Shown in pieces: positions 33,291 to 36,775 of a stretch of DNA of 36,775 nucleotides. The notes beneath the pieces were generated by a model, which worked only from the letters and a program-made list of their open reading frames with translations, ran no database searches and was not told the origin of the DNA. The stretch lies in assembly GCA_026415775.1 (NCBI GenBank), contig JAOAGL010000001.1:72282-109056 (forward strand), in the 5' to 3' direction. Positions within the stretch are counted from its first letter, which is position 1, and each line of letters opens with the position of its first letter. Source of the DNA: Patescibacteria group bacterium (GTDB lineage: Bacteria > Patescibacteriota > Minisyncoccia > UBA6257 > JAAZHW01). Both the position numbers and the translations under genes were made by a program.

Positions 33291-33935
33291 ATGACTCTTG
33301 AATGGTTTGGCGAAGGATGTTTTAAAATTACTGAAACTGGCAACCGTTTTTCTATACTTACCGAAACTCCTAGTAAAGATTCGGGATTGCCTATTCCGCG
33401 TCATAAAACAGACGTTTATTTAAGCGTTTTTTCTAATTTAAGTGATAGTTTATTTAATTCAAATAAAAAAGAAAATGAAATTTTTATTATTAATAATGCC
33501 GGTGATTATGAATTAAAAGATAATTTTATTCGGGGAATGGTGGTCAGCGTGAAAGAAGGATTAGTGAAAAGCATTTATACAATTAAAATGGAGGATATTA
33601 GAGTTGCTTATTTAGGAATGATTAATAATAAAGAATGGACGCCGGAAGCGGGAAATTTTTTGGGAGAAATAGATATAATGTTAATTCCTATAGGTGGCGG
33701 TGAAATGCTTGATGCGGTTCAAGCGGTTGAGGTTATAAAACAGGTGGAGCCAAAAATCGTTATTCCGATGTATTATAAAATTCCCGGTTTAAAAATAAAA
33801 AGAGGAGAATTAAATACTTTTCTAAATAAAATGGAAATCAAAAAAATCGAAGAAATGGATAAATTACTAATTAAAAGCAGAGAATTAGAAAATTGGGGAG
33901 AAGAAATTAAAGTATATATTTTAAAACAATCATGA
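33291..33935 (+). CDS. MBL-fold-like protein lacking the HxHxDH metal motif
   Basis: MTLEWFGEGCFKI start and IPIGGGEMLDAVQAVEVIKQVEPKIVIPM resemble the Lactamase_B_3/UPF0173 layout. The expected SHdHhDH position reads LSVFSNLSD. Confidence 0.45.
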   Translation: MTLEWFGEGCFKITETGNRFSILTETPSKDSGLPIPRHKTDVYLSVFSNLSDSLFNSNKKENEIFIINNAGDYELKDNFIRGMVVSVKEGLVKSIYTIKMEDIRVAYLGMINNKEWTPEAGNFLGEIDIMLIPIGGGEMLDAVQAVEVIKQVEPKIVIPMYYKIPGLKIKRGELNTFLNKMEIKKIEEMDKLLIKSRELENWGEEIKVYILKQS

Positions 33936-34336
33936 AAATTATAAAAAAAATAAAAAATTTCTTTGTTTTTATTCAATCCTTGCCCTACGAAAAAAGGCTT
34001 TATTTACTTCAAATTTCTTTAGTTGTGGTTGGTTTAATAGGTTTTTTGGTGTGGATTAGTATTTTTAGCAACCAAGTGAGCGAGAATAGAATTGCCTTAG
34101 AAGAACAAAATAAATCAGCTCCTAGTAAAGTAGATGTTTTCAAAAAAGGTATCTATGCGGTTTATCAGGATTCTTTATTACCATTTTTAAAGAAAACTTC
34201 CCAGGTTTTACTCTCATTCTTTTCTTTTTCCGTGCAAGTAGTAATTAGAATTTTCAATTTTACTTCACATTTAGCACAGCAAATTCTAGTACAATATAAA
34301 GCGTATGCGCAATTAATTCAACACTTCCTCTTTTAA
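33932..34336 (+). CDS. hypothetical membrane protein
   Basis: ATGA overlap with the upstream gene; one clear TM helix ([23 protein letters not shown]). Confidence 0.45.
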   Translation: MKIIKKIKNFFVFIQSLPYEKRLYLLQISLVVVGLIGFLVWISIFSNQVSENRIALEEQNKSAPSKVDVFKKGIYAVYQDSLLPFLKKTSQVLLSFFSFSVQVVIRIFNFTSHLAQQILVQYKAYAQLIQHFLF

Positions 34337-34344
34337 TAAAAACT

Positions 34345-36775
34345 ATGAAATATAAAAATAAAAAATCCGATAATAATTCTCCAAACAAAGAAGATTTAAA
34401 AAATAATTCTAATAATAACAAAATTGTTCCCCGTGAAATTACCGAAGAATTAAAAACGGCTTATTTAGATTATGCAATGAGCGTCATTGTTTCGCGAGCT
34501 TTACCTGATGTGCGTGATGGTTTAAAGCCGGTTCAGCGAAGAATTTTGTATGCGATGGGTGAGGCTGGTTTTTGGCATTCATCCAAATTTAGAAAATCAG
34601 CGAGCATTGTTGGTGAGGTGTTGGGCAAATATCATCCCCATGGCGATGTGCCGGTGTACGATGCTTTGGCAAGAATGGCCCAACCGTTTTCTTTGCGTTA
34701 CCCATTAATCGAAGGTCAAGGTAATTGGGGTTCAATTGATGGAGATGCACCAGCAGCGATGCGTTATACCGAAGCGCGTTTGGCAGTTTTGGCTGAGGAG
34801 ATGCTTCAGGATTTAGACAAAGAAACTGTTCCTTTCCAAGATAATTATGATGGAACTCGGAAAGAGCCCACTGTCTTGCCAGCCAAACTGCCTAATTTAC
34901 TTATTAATGGCACATCAGGTATTGCTGTAGGAATGGCAACAAACATTCCCCCTCATAATTTAGGAGAGGTTTGCGATGCTGTGGTTTATTTAATTGATCA
35001 TCCTCAAGCTGAGGTAAAAGATTTATTAAATTTTGTTCAAGGTCCTGATTTTCCAACTGGTGGTGTTATTTATAATCGCAAGGTATTAGAAGAAATTTAC
35101 AGCGCTGGTAAAGGGGCGATTACAGTAAGAGCTCTAGCTGATATTCAAGAAAGAAAATCAGGTCAGTTTGATATTGTGATTACGGAAATTCCTTATCAAG
35201 TTAATAAATCTGCTTTATTGGAAAAAATTGCGGAGTTAGTACAAGACAAAAAAATTGAAGGAATTAAGGATATTCGTGATGAATCTGATAAAGAAGGATT
35301 GTGTATTACTATCCAGTTAAAAAATGATGCTCATCCCCAAAAAATTTTAAATAATTTATTTAAACATACAGACTTACAAAAAGATTTCCATGTTAATTTT
35401 TTGGCTTTGGTTGATGGTATTCAACCCCAAACTCTTTCATTGAAAGGATTGCTTGAGCAATTTATTAAACACCGCCAAAATATTATTCGCAAGCGCTCAG
35501 AGTTTGATTTAGCGAAAGCCAAAGCCCGCTTACATATTTTAGAAGGTTTATTAAAGGCATTAAAGAATATTGATGCGGTTATCAAAACAATTAAAACCTC
35601 GAAAAGTCGTGATGAAGCAAAAGAAAAATTAGTTAAAAATTTTAAATTAACCGTTATTCAAGCAGAAGCAATTTTAGAGATGAAACTTCAAACACTTGTT
35701 GGCTTGGAAAGAATTAAAATTGAAGAAGAAGCTAAATTAAAAGAAAAAGAAATTAAAGAGCTGGAAGAAATTTTAGGTAGTCCTAAGAAAATTTTGCAGA
35801 TTATTAAAGACGAAACAACTGAATTAAAAAAGAAATATAGCGATGAGCGCAAAACAAAAGTTGTTAATGCTGCTATTGGTGAATTTAAAGATGAAGATTT
35901 AATTCAGGCACAAGACGTTGTTATAATGATGAGTCAGGATGGTTATATTAAATCGTTTGTACCAGAAACAATTAAAGCTCAAAAACGTGGAGGAAAAGGT
36001 TTAATAGGATTTGATGTCAAAGAAGAAGATAAAATTCAACACGTTCTTGTGGCTAATACCCATGATAATCTACTCTTTTTAACAACCGCTGGTCGCGCTT
36101 TTCAATTGCGAGCTTATGAAATTCCTTTGGGCAGTCGAACATCGCGAGGCAAGAGTATTTTTAATTTTCTGGAATTGCCTCAAAATGAAAAAATCGCCGC
36201 GATTGTCAATTACCCATTTAATGAAAAAAAAGAGCCTGAGGGATTTTTAGCACTAGTAACCAAAAATGGCATTATGAAGAAAACTCCCTTGGCAGATTTT
36301 TTGAGTGTAAGACGTTCGGGATTAATAGCTATTAGATTAAAAGAAGGTGATGAGTTAAAAGACGCTAAAATTGTTAATAAAGGGGATGAAGTTATTGTTT
36401 TATCTGCTTATGGGCAGGCATTAAGATTCCCTGAAAAAGATTTGAGGCCAATGGGAAGGGTAGCGGCTGGTGTTTTGGGCATTAAATTAAAAAAAGAAGC
36501 GGGTAATGAAGTGAGAGGCTTTGATGTGATTCCTTCAATAATGAAAGAGGGTTTATTATTGGTGGTTACTGAAAATGGCTTTGGGAAAAAAACATTATTA
36601 AAAGAATATCGTCTGCAACATCGCGGCGGTCAAGGCATCAAAACGGCCAAAATTACTGAAAAAACAGGAAAAGTGGTAGCTATTAGGGTAATTACTAAAG
36701 AAGATAAGGAAGCATTAATTATTTCTAAAACTGGCATTTTAATTAAAACGGATTTAGATAATATTTCGCAGCAAT
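34345..36775 (+). CDS. gyrA: DNA gyrase subunit A, 3' end outside window (absent from the ORF track because no stop is reached)
   Basis: My translation gives [41 protein letters not shown] and the catalytic [10 protein letters not shown]. The frame stays open for 810 codons to the window end. Confidence 0.95.
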   Translation, partial: MKYKNKKSDNNSPNKEDLKNNSNNNKIVPREITEELKTAYLDYAMSVIVSRALPDVRDGLKPVQRRILYAMGEAGFWHSSKFRKSASIVGEVLGKYHPHGDVPVYDALARMAQPFSLRYPLIEGQGNWGSIDGDAPAAMRYTEARLAVLAEEMLQDLDKETVPFQDNYDGTRKEPTVLPAKLPNLLINGTSGIAVGMATNIPPHNLGEVCDAVVYLIDHPQAEVKDLLNFVQGPDFPTGGVIYNRKVLEEIYSAGKGAITVRALADIQERKSGQFDIVITEIPYQVNKSALLEKIAELVQDKKIEGIKDIRDESDKEGLCITIQLKNDAHPQKILNNLFKHTDLQKDFHVNFLALVDGIQPQTLSLKGLLEQFIKHRQNIIRKRSEFDLAKAKARLHILEGLLKALKNIDAVIKTIKTSKSRDEAKEKLVKNFKLTVIQAEAILEMKLQTLVGLERIKIEEEAKLKEKEIKELEEILGSPKKILQIIKDETTELKKKYSDERKTKVVNAAIGEFKDEDLIQAQDVVIMMSQDGYIKSFVPETIKAQKRGGKGLIGFDVKEEDKIQHVLVANTHDNLLFLTTAGRAFQLRAYEIPLGSRTSRGKSIFNFLELPQNEKIAAIVNYPFNEKKEPEGFLALVTKNGIMKKTPLADFLSVRRSGLIAIRLKEGDELKDAKIVNKGDEVIVLSAYGQALRFPEKDLRPMGRVAAGVLGIKLKKEAGNEVRGFDVIPSIMKEGLLLVVTENGFGKKTLLKEYRLQHRGGQGIKTAKITEKTGKVVAIRVITKEDKEALIISKTGILIKTDLDNISQQ

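Noticed and set aside
1-36775. Alternative genetic code (UGA recoding, as in some CPR lineages)
   Set aside because: Long conserved ORFs are intact under the standard code, and TGA is used as a stop in ATGA gene overlaps (10199..10202 and 33932..33935).

Overview
This is a very AT-rich, gene-dense, origin-proximal chromosome segment. It looks like a Candidate Phyla Radiation (Parcubacteria-type) bacterium: tiny intergenic gaps, almost no Shine-Dalgarno sequences, many small DUF-type membrane proteins, five 72-nt tRNAs without encoded CCA, and the standard genetic code. Recognisable housekeeping genes are holA (3' fragment), mnmA, a SEDS FtsW/RodA protein, mltG, recA, hsp20, a TRAM-domain RNA m5U methyltransferase, yjbQ, a compact metK behind a clear SAM-I riboswitch, tspO, tsaD, yraN, yebC, ruvC, dnaA, dnaN, an HD hydrolase, recG, an S1-domain protein and gyrA. 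The gyrA ORF is open to the window end and is missing from the ORF track. I found no CRISPR array, transposase, integrase or known defence genes. Two regions stand out. (1) The longest non-coding stretch (22968..23605) holds five exact copies of the ParB-binding parS palindrome TGTTTCACGTGAAACA, plus split half-site versions. It is bracketed by a perfect 20-nt inverted repeat, and one split site wraps the yraN promoter. (2) Four genes between 16.7 and 21.6 kb are visibly GC-richer than most neighbours: an SPFH/band-7 protein, an orphan 346-aa protein with a polyproline linker, and two tandem paralogs of a YwgA/Panacea(DUF4065)-like protein. They are the only annotated genes in the window with strong GGAGG ribosome-binding sites. 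Each has an exact TTGACA -35 box and its own hairpin terminator. Two have long GC-rich leader hairpins, and two share a duplicated terminator-promoter module. Three tRNA genes and an AT-rich methyltransferase are interleaved with them. I regard this as the best candidate for an acquired, undescribed functional module, but I cannot assign a function from sequence alone.
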